A stretch of 18,051 nt of DNA from Pseudobacteriovorax sp. Lineage in GTDB: Bacteria; Bdellovibrionota_B; Oligoflexia; Oligoflexales; Oligoflexaceae. Made by a program: the position numbers and the translations under genes. Positions 1 to 8,247 of the stretch are shown here, piece by piece. The stretch spans positions 1-18,051 of the forward strand of contig JBNKNM010000106.1 in NCBI GenBank assembly GCA_050293845.1, given 5' to 3'. How positions within the stretch are numbered: position 1 is the stretch's first letter; each line of letters begins with the position of its first letter. The notes beneath the pieces were generated by a model. It searched no databases and was not told where the DNA came from. It was given only the letters and a program-made list of their open reading frames with translations.

Positions 1-109
1 GTTTTTTATTTTGAATATCGTTGGTCAGCTTACGCCGTCTTTCTTACTTACTCAAACACCAATTTTTCTCATATCCCCAATAAAAGCCCCTACAAACCAA
101 AGCGATTCA

Positions 110-1621
110 TTATTTTAAATATTCTGCGATCGCATCAAACCACTTATGAGCCATTCGTGCATAGCCAACTTGGTTTGGATGGATACCATCACTCAGCTCA
201 GAATTAGGGAAGCCAGTGAATTGATCGACGAAGATTATATTTGCGCCTTCAGCTGCCCGAGATGTTACCATCGCCGGTATTTGAGCGTTGTATAGATTAA
301 TCGCTACTGGGGAAGATGGTAGTGGGATGATATTAGATACCACCAGAAGCGAATTGGGAGTCCTGGATATGATATTATCTAGCAAGTTTGCTAAATTGCT
401 TGGAGCATTGCTTGCATTACCGATGATATCGTTTGTTCCTATGTGGAGCAAAATAATATCCGCACCAACTTCAACGGCCCCCTGATTCACAATATTATTA
501 ATTTGTGAGATAGTCCAACCACTATGACCCTCATGAGATCTGGGGAAAGGAACGCCATCGACAGTCGATGGCCCATTTGTGGAACCTCCCACAAAGTCAA
601 TACTGAATCCCGCTAGTAAGGACTGTCTGAATAATTCTATGCGATAACCACCTGGAATACCAAATCCGTCAGTAATAGAGTCTCCCAAAGGCAAGATTCG
701 ACAAGGGGTGTTATCAGGACAAAATTCGCCGTTGTCAATGGGTTCATCAAGCTTGCCTTTTTCTGAATATATCGAGAATCCGCTTAAGGTTCCGTTATCA
801 ACTAGACTCTCGATTTGAATTGTGAGTTGACCATCGCTGACTAAGATATCATCAATACTAGTACTGAATGCAGTATCGTGCCCTACCTGGGAATAAAGAT
901 CCATATTGTTGAAGACGCTAACTCCTTCAACCATAACATTGAATAAACGCTCTCCAGCTCCTTCCCAGTAAAGCTCAGCAAAATGAAGATTTACAGAATA
1001 TACTGCTTCTGTTACAGGCACTTCATAGGTATACGCGCCATAGCGTTCCGTTTGAAACAATGCATCTTCGTTGGTACCTGAAATAGGATCACTGGTGGAA
1101 TATCTGGAACCTCCTGTTGAGAAACGATCACCCTGATATTGAACATTTTGGTAAGTTACCGTAGTGCTTGACCCCGCATTAATAGCGACAACCAAAGAGT
1201 TATTTTCTCCGCTATTCACATTGCCAAAACGGATAGCCCCATTACAATGTAGCCACTCACTATTAGTACCGCCACCACAGGAACCATTGGCATACACTCC
1301 CGTGTTGTAGGTTTGATCTTCCGCCTGCCGTGCTTCGCTATTGACCTGGATATAATCGATTTGCACATCACGATTGCTGCCATCATTAGTAAAGGTAACC
1401 TCTATTTCACCACTTAAACTGGTTGTCACCATGTAGGTCTGCATTTCAGTCGATAGTGTCCAACTTTGGACCTGAATACCACCAACACTTAGGGTAATGG
1501 ACTCTGAACCATCGGTACCTCGTGCACGGATGGATAGAGTATTATCCGCTGGATAGGCTACCAAAAACTGACAGCTCGACATGGCGATTAGCAAGGTCAA
1601 TGTCTTAATTAATTTAGTCAT
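110..1621 (-). CDS. Secreted modular carbohydrate esterase: signal peptide + CBM60-like module + malectin domain + SGNH/GDSL hydrolase (CE3-like acetyl esterase)
   Basis: Hydrophobic N-terminus. aa ~28-134 IRARGTDGSE...FTNDGSNRDVQIDYIQVN...CGGG..SEWLHCNG matches the CBM60 pattern. aa ~143-285 AINAG...LFQTERYG...LHFAE...RLFNV is malectin. aa ~307-500 has the SGNH blocks LPLGDSIT, HEGHSGW, LHIGTND and DGIHPN. GAGGAG RBS upstream of the ATG. Confidence 0.9.
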   Translation of the reverse strand: MTKLIKTLTLLIAMSSCQFLVAYPADNTLSIRARGTDGSESITLSVGGIQVQSWTLSTEMQTYMVTTSLSGEIEVTFTNDGSNRDVQIDYIQVNSEARQAEDQTYNTGVYANGSCGGGTNSEWLHCNGAIRFGNVNSGENNSLVVAINAGSSTTVTYQNVQYQGDRFSTGGSRYSTSDPISGTNEDALFQTERYGAYTYEVPVTEAVYSVNLHFAELYWEGAGERLFNVMVEGVSVFNNMDLYSQVGHDTAFSTSIDDILVSDGQLTIQIESLVDNGTLSGFSIYSEKGKLDEPIDNGEFCPDNTPCRILPLGDSITDGFGIPGGYRIELFRQSLLAGFSIDFVGGSTNGPSTVDGVPFPRSHEGHSGWTISQINNIVNQGAVEVGADIILLHIGTNDIIGNASNAPSNLANLLDNIISRTPNSLLVVSNIIPLPSSPVAINLYNAQIPAMVTSRAAEGANIIFVDQFTGFPNSELSDGIHPNQVGYARMAHKWFDAIAEYLK

Positions 1622-2059
1622 AAGATGATACTCCTCGTTATTTAGCCGTAAATTTATTATTGCTATAATTTAGTTTCGTAGTTTCAGCTTAATTAAGGAA
1701 TTTTTGGACTGCTTGTCAATGACAGGAACTCTTTTTATATATTAATAGCGCCAGTTAATTTGAAAATATGCATAAATGTAGGACTTATTGCGATCATGAA
1801 ATATGAATCCGAAAAATCTACAGATGAAACGATAGTTTAAGGGATTTGGAAAACATGGAGTGTAGAGCTTGCTGGTTCTGGTGCAGCGCTTACAAAATAG
1901 CTCAGAAAATGATCGAAACGTCATATTTTAATTCTAGAAATCTTTGTAGTTACAATTCTCATCATCTTAAATTAACAATCAATGGTCCGATAGAGAGTCA
2001 AGTCTTATAATTGTCCGTCCAATTGTATGCGATCTAGGTAATCTACTAATGGGAGATAA

Positions 2060-3076
2060 ATGACAAATCTATTTCTAAACTTATGTGTTTATATCCTCTG
2101 TAGTCTGCTCATACCAATAGTGTCGGCACTCGCAATCGATGAAGGTACATATTTGGAAATCTTTCCGAATGTTGTCGAGCCATTTTTCGATAGCAATGGC
2201 GTTGAAGGAATTCTAAAAACTAAGGACGGTGAAACTATTGCTTATAAATACCTAGAAGCGGATGAATCTCGTGCATCAATTGTTGTGCTTCAGGGATGGT
2301 CGGAGCATTATGGTGGTTATAAAGAGTTTTCTTACGACATGAATCAGCAAGGAATCTCAGTGTATCTATTTGACTGGCGCGGGCAAGGGCTATCCTCACG
2401 ACCTACAGAGGATATAAATCGCAGTCATATTGAAGACTACGCATCTTATTTTATTGATCTAGAAAAATTTATGAATGATATTGTTAAGCCCCGTGCAGTG
2501 GAGCCTATCTTTGTTCTATCCTTTTCAATGGGAGCTAATATATTGGCTCTTTACGAGGTGGTTCATCCTAACACATTTCAAGGGATAATTATGGTAGCTC
2601 CTATGCTGGATATTAAAACGGCTCCCTACCCCCAGTGGTTTAGTTGGACTGTAGCTAGTTTTTTCGAATTTATTGGTATGGGAGATCGGTATGTTTTTGG
2701 TCATGGGCAATATAACGAAGGCAAACTTAAACCTATTGCCGCTGCTGATCATCGACGAATGACGTGGAGGTTGTTAAGGAGGCATCATCCTGAGACGGTA
2801 ATATCCGGTGTGAGCTGGAGTTGGCTCAGATCCAGTTTGGAAGCAACATGGTCAATGCGGGAAGGGGCCCACCTACTGAAGTCACCCATCCTAATGTTAC
2901 AAGCGGGTAAAGATGAGGTTGTTAATACTGAAGGCCAAGACTATGTTTGTGAAAAAGCCCCATCCTGTTTGAAAATCCATTATCCGACATCGCGACATGC
3001 AATTTTAGCTGAACAAGATGCGATTAGAGATCAGGCCTTCAAGGAAATCTTAATGTTTATTGAAAAGCATAAATAA
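2060..3076 (+). CDS. Alpha/beta hydrolase, lysophospholipase L2 (PldB)/Hydrolase_4-like, with N-terminal signal or anchor
   Basis: QGWSEH oxyanion region, FDWRGQGLS, nucleophile elbow SFSMGA, acid in AGKDEVV, His in SRHAILAE. GGGAG RBS upstream. Confidence 0.85.
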   Translation: MTNLFLNLCVYILCSLLIPIVSALAIDEGTYLEIFPNVVEPFFDSNGVEGILKTKDGETIAYKYLEADESRASIVVLQGWSEHYGGYKEFSYDMNQQGISVYLFDWRGQGLSSRPTEDINRSHIEDYASYFIDLEKFMNDIVKPRAVEPIFVLSFSMGANILALYEVVHPNTFQGIIMVAPMLDIKTAPYPQWFSWTVASFFEFIGMGDRYVFGHGQYNEGKLKPIAAADHRRMTWRLLRRHHPETVISGVSWSWLRSSLEATWSMREGAHLLKSPILMLQAGKDEVVNTEGQDYVCEKAPSCLKIHYPTSRHAILAEQDAIRDQAFKEILMFIEKHK

Positions 3077-3242
3077 TCTTCAAAATTACAGCTTTGTTAG
3101 GTTTTCCTGATGCATAGGACTATAAATGCCTAGGTGCAACGTCGTGATGAAGTATCTATAAAAGCAAATTCTAATGATTAGGATTTCGATAGAGAGCTTT
3201 AGTTGTTTGTAGGTTATTGTGCAATTTTGATTTCAGTTTCTT

Positions 3243-3679
3243 TTATATGTGTTTTATGCCAAAATAAATCATGGCAACGATTAGGATATTGCTGATAGTA
3301 TAGCTAAGAATGAAGATAATGCCCTTCACTAGCGATACATTGATTAAGATTGACAGTAGGCATAAGACTAATAGAGCTAGGGTGAATAACTTAACTTTTT
3401 TTACAGTTTTGCGGCTGAATTTGATGAGAAGTTTGTCTATTAGATACAGCTGAAGTACTGTTACACTACATATGTTGATTGCGGAAAAACATCTAATAGT
3501 TTTTTGATAGGAAGCCCTAGATTTATCGTATAGATTAAGGACAAGCCAAACGCACTTAATGCATAAAATCCCAAGTAGACTGAAGAATGATCTTGTCTTC
3601 GATAGCTAAAAATAAAGAAATAAAATGTGGCCATAAAAATATAAGAACCGGATATTGCACGCACAAGATATGTTGTCAA
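3243..3679 (-). pseudogene. Frameshifted fragment of a multi-pass membrane protein (7TM-DISM-like sensor region)
   Basis: ORF 3461-3679 (YFFIFSYRRQDHSSVYLGFYALSAF) continues in another frame if one T is restored in the T5 run at 3485-3489. The continuation reads AINICSVTVLQLYLIDKLL...LFTLALLVLCLLSILIN...IIFILSYTISNILIVAMIYFGIKHI to a stop at 3243-3245, giving about five hydrophobic segments. An in-frame TAA lies just upstream of 3679. Confidence 0.55.
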
Positions 3680-3738
3680 AGATTAGAGATTATGCTTTTT
3701 CAACAGCAATGGAATAAAATATATGTAAAGGTGGGTAG

Positions 3739-4665
3739 TTACTTTGATAGGTCCCCATGATGTTTCTGTAAGATTTTCAAAGAGGGTGCTTCAAATTTTG
3801 CGCGAGAAAAATTCGCAATCATCATGTAGAGACTACCTAAGAAGTTCTCGTAAGGGAGAAAAACAGGGAGGTGAGGATGCCGATCCAAAATGCGACCTCA
3901 CCGCTAGATGTTTGACCGCTCTATATTAACGTTGAGTGAACTCGCAAGATTATCGACAATCTTCTTTACAATTTCCTGATGATTAGGGGAAATCCAGATT
4001 TTATCAAACAACATTTCAAACTGATCATTTGTAAACGCCGTTTCAATTACAGGAGCCAAGCCTTCAGGAGCTTCGAGGGCATATTTGTGATTTGTGTTAT
4101 AGTCCAAAGACATGCAACCACCAAGTCTTCCCGTCGAATAGTAGGAATTTCCAGTCGCTTTGTACCCTCACTAAAAAACAAGATTAGGCTGTTATGAGCA
4201 CTTTCTTTTCTATCCGAATACTGACTGACGGCAATAAACGCCGTAAGCATAGCTGAAAAGTGCACTACACTTTTTTGGTAGCGTTCTCGGCATATGAATT
4301 CGATAAAAGTTTCCACGCTGCGATTACGCCTAGAAGAATTGAGGCAAAGATGGTTGTCGCAACCCATATTTTAACACTCATTATTGCTTCTTCTATTATC
4401 GAGGCGTATCGGCAGTGCCTAAATATATTTGGAATAACAGTCGGTTAAATAACTTTTGTTAGAAATTTCAAATGATTGGTTCACATCCTCTGACGAAGCA
4501 TCGTCATCCTCTCTAGCTACCCCTGCTGAAAATAGCATAGTTGTTGGGATTCACTCAGTTCTGAACGGTTTTTTGGATTCTTCAAGGTGAACCAACTTAA
4601 CTTGGTAGATAAATTTTACAGGGTATAACAGGTCTAGAATGACAAAACTGACTGCTCCAAATGGC
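3739..4665 (-). pseudogene. Decayed minus-strand coding remnants, probably two coupled genes of unknown function
   Basis: One frame reads PFGAVSFVILDLLYPVKFIYQV...RTE*IPTTMLF...SKYI*ALPIRLDNRRSNNEC*. Its final stop overlaps an ATG at 4381 (ATGAGTGTTAA) that begins MSVKIWVATTIFASILLGVIAAWK, a TM/signal-like segment. ORF 3904-4113 reads on past TAG/TGA as GRILDRHPHLPVFLPYENFLGSLYMMIANF. Boundaries are approximate. Confidence 0.35.
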
Positions 4666-4960
4666 TAGTCTTACGGTCGTTGTTTCGTTTATTCAGGAAT
4701 GTAACCTTACAGGTTCAGTAACAGCTTCTTGTCATGATTACCATGAGGATCACGAATGGAGCTAGTCAAAGGAATTTTTAATGATCGGTTGTTCTTCCAT
4801 TTAAAATTTTTTAAAAAATTCTTGTGCAAGTCGATCGATTTTTTGCTAATAACTTCTCACGCATTGAAACCGTTTGTAAAACTCTGGTTCATCATCACAA
4901 AAATCTAAACGGCTTCCGTTTTAAGGTAGCACGATTCATTTTTTTCTAAGGAGTAGAACA

Positions 4961-5641
4961 TTGAAAGTTTTAGCATTAGCTCTAGGGTTAAGCCTATCAG
5001 CCACAGCAGTTGCCGCACAATACGAATTCGCATCAGTACCTCATGCAAATATTGACCAATATTTAGTGGTCGGCAGTGAAGCCACAGGTACACCAGAAAA
5101 CCTACAGGGACTATGGTGGATGGATGGAAACCCACTGGCTGACGAAGTCGTATCCTTTGCTGGTGTTGACTTCGAAGAGATTATAGAAGACGGTACACTT
5201 GTCGGCTATCGTGCAGAGATCCCCGTCTATGATGAGGGTATCTGGAGCTGGCACGATACTCTGGCAGGAAAGTTTCTATATAGTTTAGTCCTAATTCAAC
5301 GCCTAGTATATGTTGGTATTTTCAATGCTGACTTAACTTATGGAGAAGTTACACCTACGATTCGACCTTTAACTGTCCTTCCGAAAGTAGAAATTCCACG
5401 CTCCATGCTCATAGATTTCACAATGTCTCAGGTGACTGATGATGAGTGGTCACGAGATAGCGTACTATTCGGGCAGTCATCTAGCTATAGATTCAGAAGA
5501 ATTGTCGATGGCGATGGAAACAGATTAGATACTTATGATGACTATGTCACAAGTATTAGTGAAAGAGGGTTGAAAAACGCTTTTCTTCCTTATTGTAAAA
5601 ATGATAATGGATTAGAGATTCCAACGAAGTGTGTGAAATAA
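4961..5641 (+). CDS. Secreted hypothetical protein (possible calycin/lipocalin-like beta-barrel)
   Basis: TTG start with AAGGAG RBS; clear Sec signal peptide (MKVLALALGLSLSATAVA-A); followed by an intrinsic terminator. The fold guess rests only on an early GxW motif (LQGLWW) and the beta-strand pattern. Confidence 0.8.
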   Translation: MKVLALALGLSLSATAVAAQYEFASVPHANIDQYLVVGSEATGTPENLQGLWWMDGNPLADEVVSFAGVDFEEIIEDGTLVGYRAEIPVYDEGIWSWHDTLAGKFLYSLVLIQRLVYVGIFNADLTYGEVTPTIRPLTVLPKVEIPRSMLIDFTMSQVTDDEWSRDSVLFGQSSSYRFRRIVDGDGNRLDTYDDYVTSISERGLKNAFLPYCKNDNGLEIPTKCVK

Positions 5642-5657
5642 TCGAGCTTGTAAAGTC

Positions 5658-5685
5658 AAAGGTGCTTAGATTTAAGCACCTTTTT
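5658..5685 (+). terminator. Rho-independent terminator after the 4961-5641 gene
   Basis: Perfect 11-bp inverted repeat AAAGGTGCTTA-gatt-TAAGCACCTTT ending in a T5 run, 16 bp after the stop codon. Confidence 0.8.
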
Positions 5686-6095
5686 CTGCCTTCCACCAAA
5701 AATCCTGCCAGCTACCTAATACTCTAGATCCGAATTTCTCGAATATTGACTTTTCAATTGTTGCATCACCTAATAAATGCTCCCCAAAAATTTCAACTTC
5801 ATAATGATCCACATCAAGTATGAAAAAAAAAGAACTAGGAGATTAAAGTTGTAAATTGGTTATTTCCGCTTCTAGCTAGCTTTTCCAACTCCAAACATCA
5901 ATCCTGCAATCAACTCTAATTCAATTCACCAGCTCTGGAACAAAATTCTCGCGCAATATCGTTTTTTAGGCCCGAGTTAAGCGAGTATATGTGAACCTGA
6001 GCGATTAGTGATGGTAAGCATACCTTCTCACATTTTCTTTTTTTACCTGTGAGTTCGAGTGATTTTCTAACTGCTTTCGGTTCTGGTGGTTCTCT

Positions 6096-6496
6096 TTAAT
6101 CTGCTATGTATTTGCTAACAACATCCAACGGTGCACCGTCACAAGAAACTAGGCAATAACTTGGTGACCACAGATGTACGCCCCATAGCTTGCTTTTGAT
6201 TTGCAGCCAGTATTCCTGACGAAGAAAGTATGACGACTTTCCCTTTAGCTTGCCAACAAGATTCGATACAGCTAGCTTCGGAGGGCAGCATACCATAAGG
6301 TGTACATGATCATCCTCACCACCAAACGCGATTAACTCTACATCCATTTGCTGGCAAGTCTCATCAAACAGCGCTTGCAAACGCTCCAGCATTGGTTTGG
6401 TAAATACTCCTCTTCGGTACTTTGTAACAAAGACTAGATGTATAAAATCTTAAATACACAACTTCTTCCATTTCTCCATTCAAATTATTTTGCCAT
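6096..6496 (-). pseudogene. tnpA: IS200/IS605 Y1 (HUH) transposase TnpA pseudogene
   Basis: HUH motif EDDHVHL, KLKGKSS, LWSPSY and catalytic Tyr in KYIAD. From the ATG at 6496 it reads MAK*FEWRNGRSCVFK, then frameshifts near 6450 into FIHLVFVTKYRRGVFT. The conserved Q of YxxxQ is a TAA at 6096-6098, and the frame continues REPPEPKAVRK. Confidence 0.9.
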
Positions 6497-6555
6497 AGAC
6501 TTGATAAGCTCCCGCAAAATGATTAGCTTAATTTGGGTATAGGAGCAAGATAAAA

Positions 6556-6692
6556 ATGTTAATGGGTATCAGATTACAAGCACACCTGACGAGTCAGCAA
6601 AGCTGGTATTAAGTCAGTGGATGGGGGGTTGTGCTCGTCACATCTGGAATGCCAAATGTGTCGAGGATAGATACCTTGGTACCTATGTTTAG
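6556..6692 (+). pseudogene. tnpB: Truncated, frameshifted 5' end of tnpB (N-terminal region only)
   Basis: AGGAG RBS at 6541-6545. Reads MLMGIRLQAHLTSQQ, then after a frameshift at ~6600 KLVLSQWMGGCARHIWNAKCVEDRYL, matching the TnpB 'L.QW.G..R..WN' motif. No downstream RuvC sequence. Confidence 0.75.
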
Positions 6693-6920
6693 AAAAAGGC
6701 AACCCTCCTTCGCGGCGCGATCTCTGCAACTAAATCTGAAAGAACAATCCGCTTTAATCGAATAATCTTGTCATAACAGATAGTGGCGAAAGTGTCTTAT
6801 CAGAATCATTTATTTTTATTCAATTGGTTTTGATGGTCAAATAAATTTAGATGTAGATTCAATAGCAATCGTTCATATAAGTGATTGACGTTTCAGTTAA
6901 TTTTCTAAAAAGGTGTATCT

Positions 6921-7871
6921 ATGATGGGAAAAAAAACGTTGTGGCCCTTGCTTAAATCAACTCTGATTATAAGCTCTTGCTTATGCTCTAGTCTTCTCTT
7001 TGGTGGTAATGAGGGCTTTTCAACCAGTCGATCGATCCAGGATTCGGAATTGTTTGCTATTCCAGAACCCCACGATAACCGTGTTGCCTACTATGCCTTT
7101 GATGCGACAACCGTCGGGCAAGAAAAAAAGCGTATTTCCGATTTTACCGACAATGCTAACGTTGTAGTTGTTTTTGAAGGTACCCTATGGGAGCTTGCTT
7201 TTCCCGAGCTATACGGTAGTAGCGATTCTTATATACTGAATATTGATGGCGGTCCCTATAAGACTTACGATCAGATTTTAGCCGATGTTCAAACTTTAAG
7301 GCAAAGGGGTGTTAAGGTTCTGATGAATGTGGACGATACACGAGCCTGGAGCACAGAGTATCCTTTTACCACCTGGGATGAACAAAAGTACAACGCTCAG
7401 CAATTTGCTTCCTTTGTTTATGATGGAGTGCTCGCTGCTGGCTTTGATGGTATATCGTTAGACATCGAACATGGGGCAGTAGATAACAGCTACTATCGTA
7501 ACCTGATCGCCGAACTTGGAAGGTACTTCGGTCCTCAATCCTTTAATTCTGAAACTATGATTTATACGGCCGCTGTGTACTACAGGGGTTTTCCTGGACC
7601 CAGCTTTAGGGACCCTAACTTAGCCCAGTACCTTAACTTTGTTATGGATATGGCTTACTTTCAAAATGACGCATGGCGCTTTTCCTATTGGGCGAAATCT
7701 CTGGGCAATGAAAAAACAATGATTGGGATGTCCCATCATTTGGATAGTCTTAGCAGAGGCTTAAATCACGCCCGTTGGCATCCTCGTCCTGAGAAGGCAG
7801 GAATTATGGTTTTCGCTGGAAATGTGAATAAAGAATATACGGATGCAATCTTTGCAGCACTGAAAGAGTAG
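6921..7871 (+). CDS. Secreted GH18 endo-beta-N-acetylglucosaminidase, EndoF3-like
   Basis: Catalytic motif FDGISLDIEH (D181, E183). VAYY, LRQRGVKVLMNVDD, LIAELGRYFG and WHPRPEKAGIMVF run collinearly with Elizabethkingia EndoF3 as I recall it (IAYY, LQSRGIKVLQNIDD, LDGISLDIEH, ISELTKYFG, WTP...KGGMMIY). N-terminal signal peptide. Confidence 0.85.
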   Translation: MMGKKTLWPLLKSTLIISSCLCSSLLFGGNEGFSTSRSIQDSELFAIPEPHDNRVAYYAFDATTVGQEKKRISDFTDNANVVVVFEGTLWELAFPELYGSSDSYILNIDGGPYKTYDQILADVQTLRQRGVKVLMNVDDTRAWSTEYPFTTWDEQKYNAQQFASFVYDGVLAAGFDGISLDIEHGAVDNSYYRNLIAELGRYFGPQSFNSETMIYTAAVYYRGFPGPSFRDPNLAQYLNFVMDMAYFQNDAWRFSYWAKSLGNEKTMIGMSHHLDSLSRGLNHARWHPRPEKAGIMVFAGNVNKEYTDAIFAALKE

Positions 7872-8247
7872 CATCCTGAGTTATCTATCTTTGTTGTCAG
7901 TGAGCACAATCTGCTTTCATAGCAGAGCGTGCTCCGCTTAAGCCCTTATAGCATAGGGAGTAGGGATAACTTCAGACTTACTACCAACGATGATTTTCGC
8001 AACGGGGCGCAGACCTCCTTCGCGAGCTTCGTTAACGACTATTTTATGCCAGACCTCGTTGCGGGAGACCTTTTCTTTAGAAATCAACATAGTGACTGGG
8101 CTAATAGATTGAGATATTTTGCTTCGCTCTGTATGACTATAGACTGTTAAACGAATGCCATTGCTTCAAGGCATGATGATTTTTCGAAATCCTAGTCTGC
8201 CATAGGCAAAGCAAGGTTTTACGAAGCACTTATGGTCTTCTGTAAAA

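Larger units (their letters stand above)
5941..6730. mobile_element. Degenerate IS200/IS605-family element (IS605 layout: divergent tnpA and tnpB)
   Basis: Broken tnpA on - and the 5' fragment of tnpB on +, with starts about 60 bp apart. Left-end-like stem CTCGC(5948-5952)...GCGAG(5981-5985) enclosing AATA. The right boundary is uncertain. Confidence 0.75.

Noticed and set aside
1742..1924. 60-aa ORF in the divergent intergenic region
   Set aside because: No RBS or motif recognised; it lies in AT-rich putative promoter DNA between divergent genes.
3744..4448. Plus-strand ORFs 3744-3929, 3979-4197 and 4260-4448
   Set aside because: The more protein-like signal in this region is on the minus strand; these look like antisense shadows.
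4805..4820. Perfect 16-bp palindrome AATTTTTTAAAAAATT upstream of the 4961 gene
   Set aside because: Low-complexity A/T-only sequence in AT-rich DNA; it could be a UP element or operator, but nothing supports that call.
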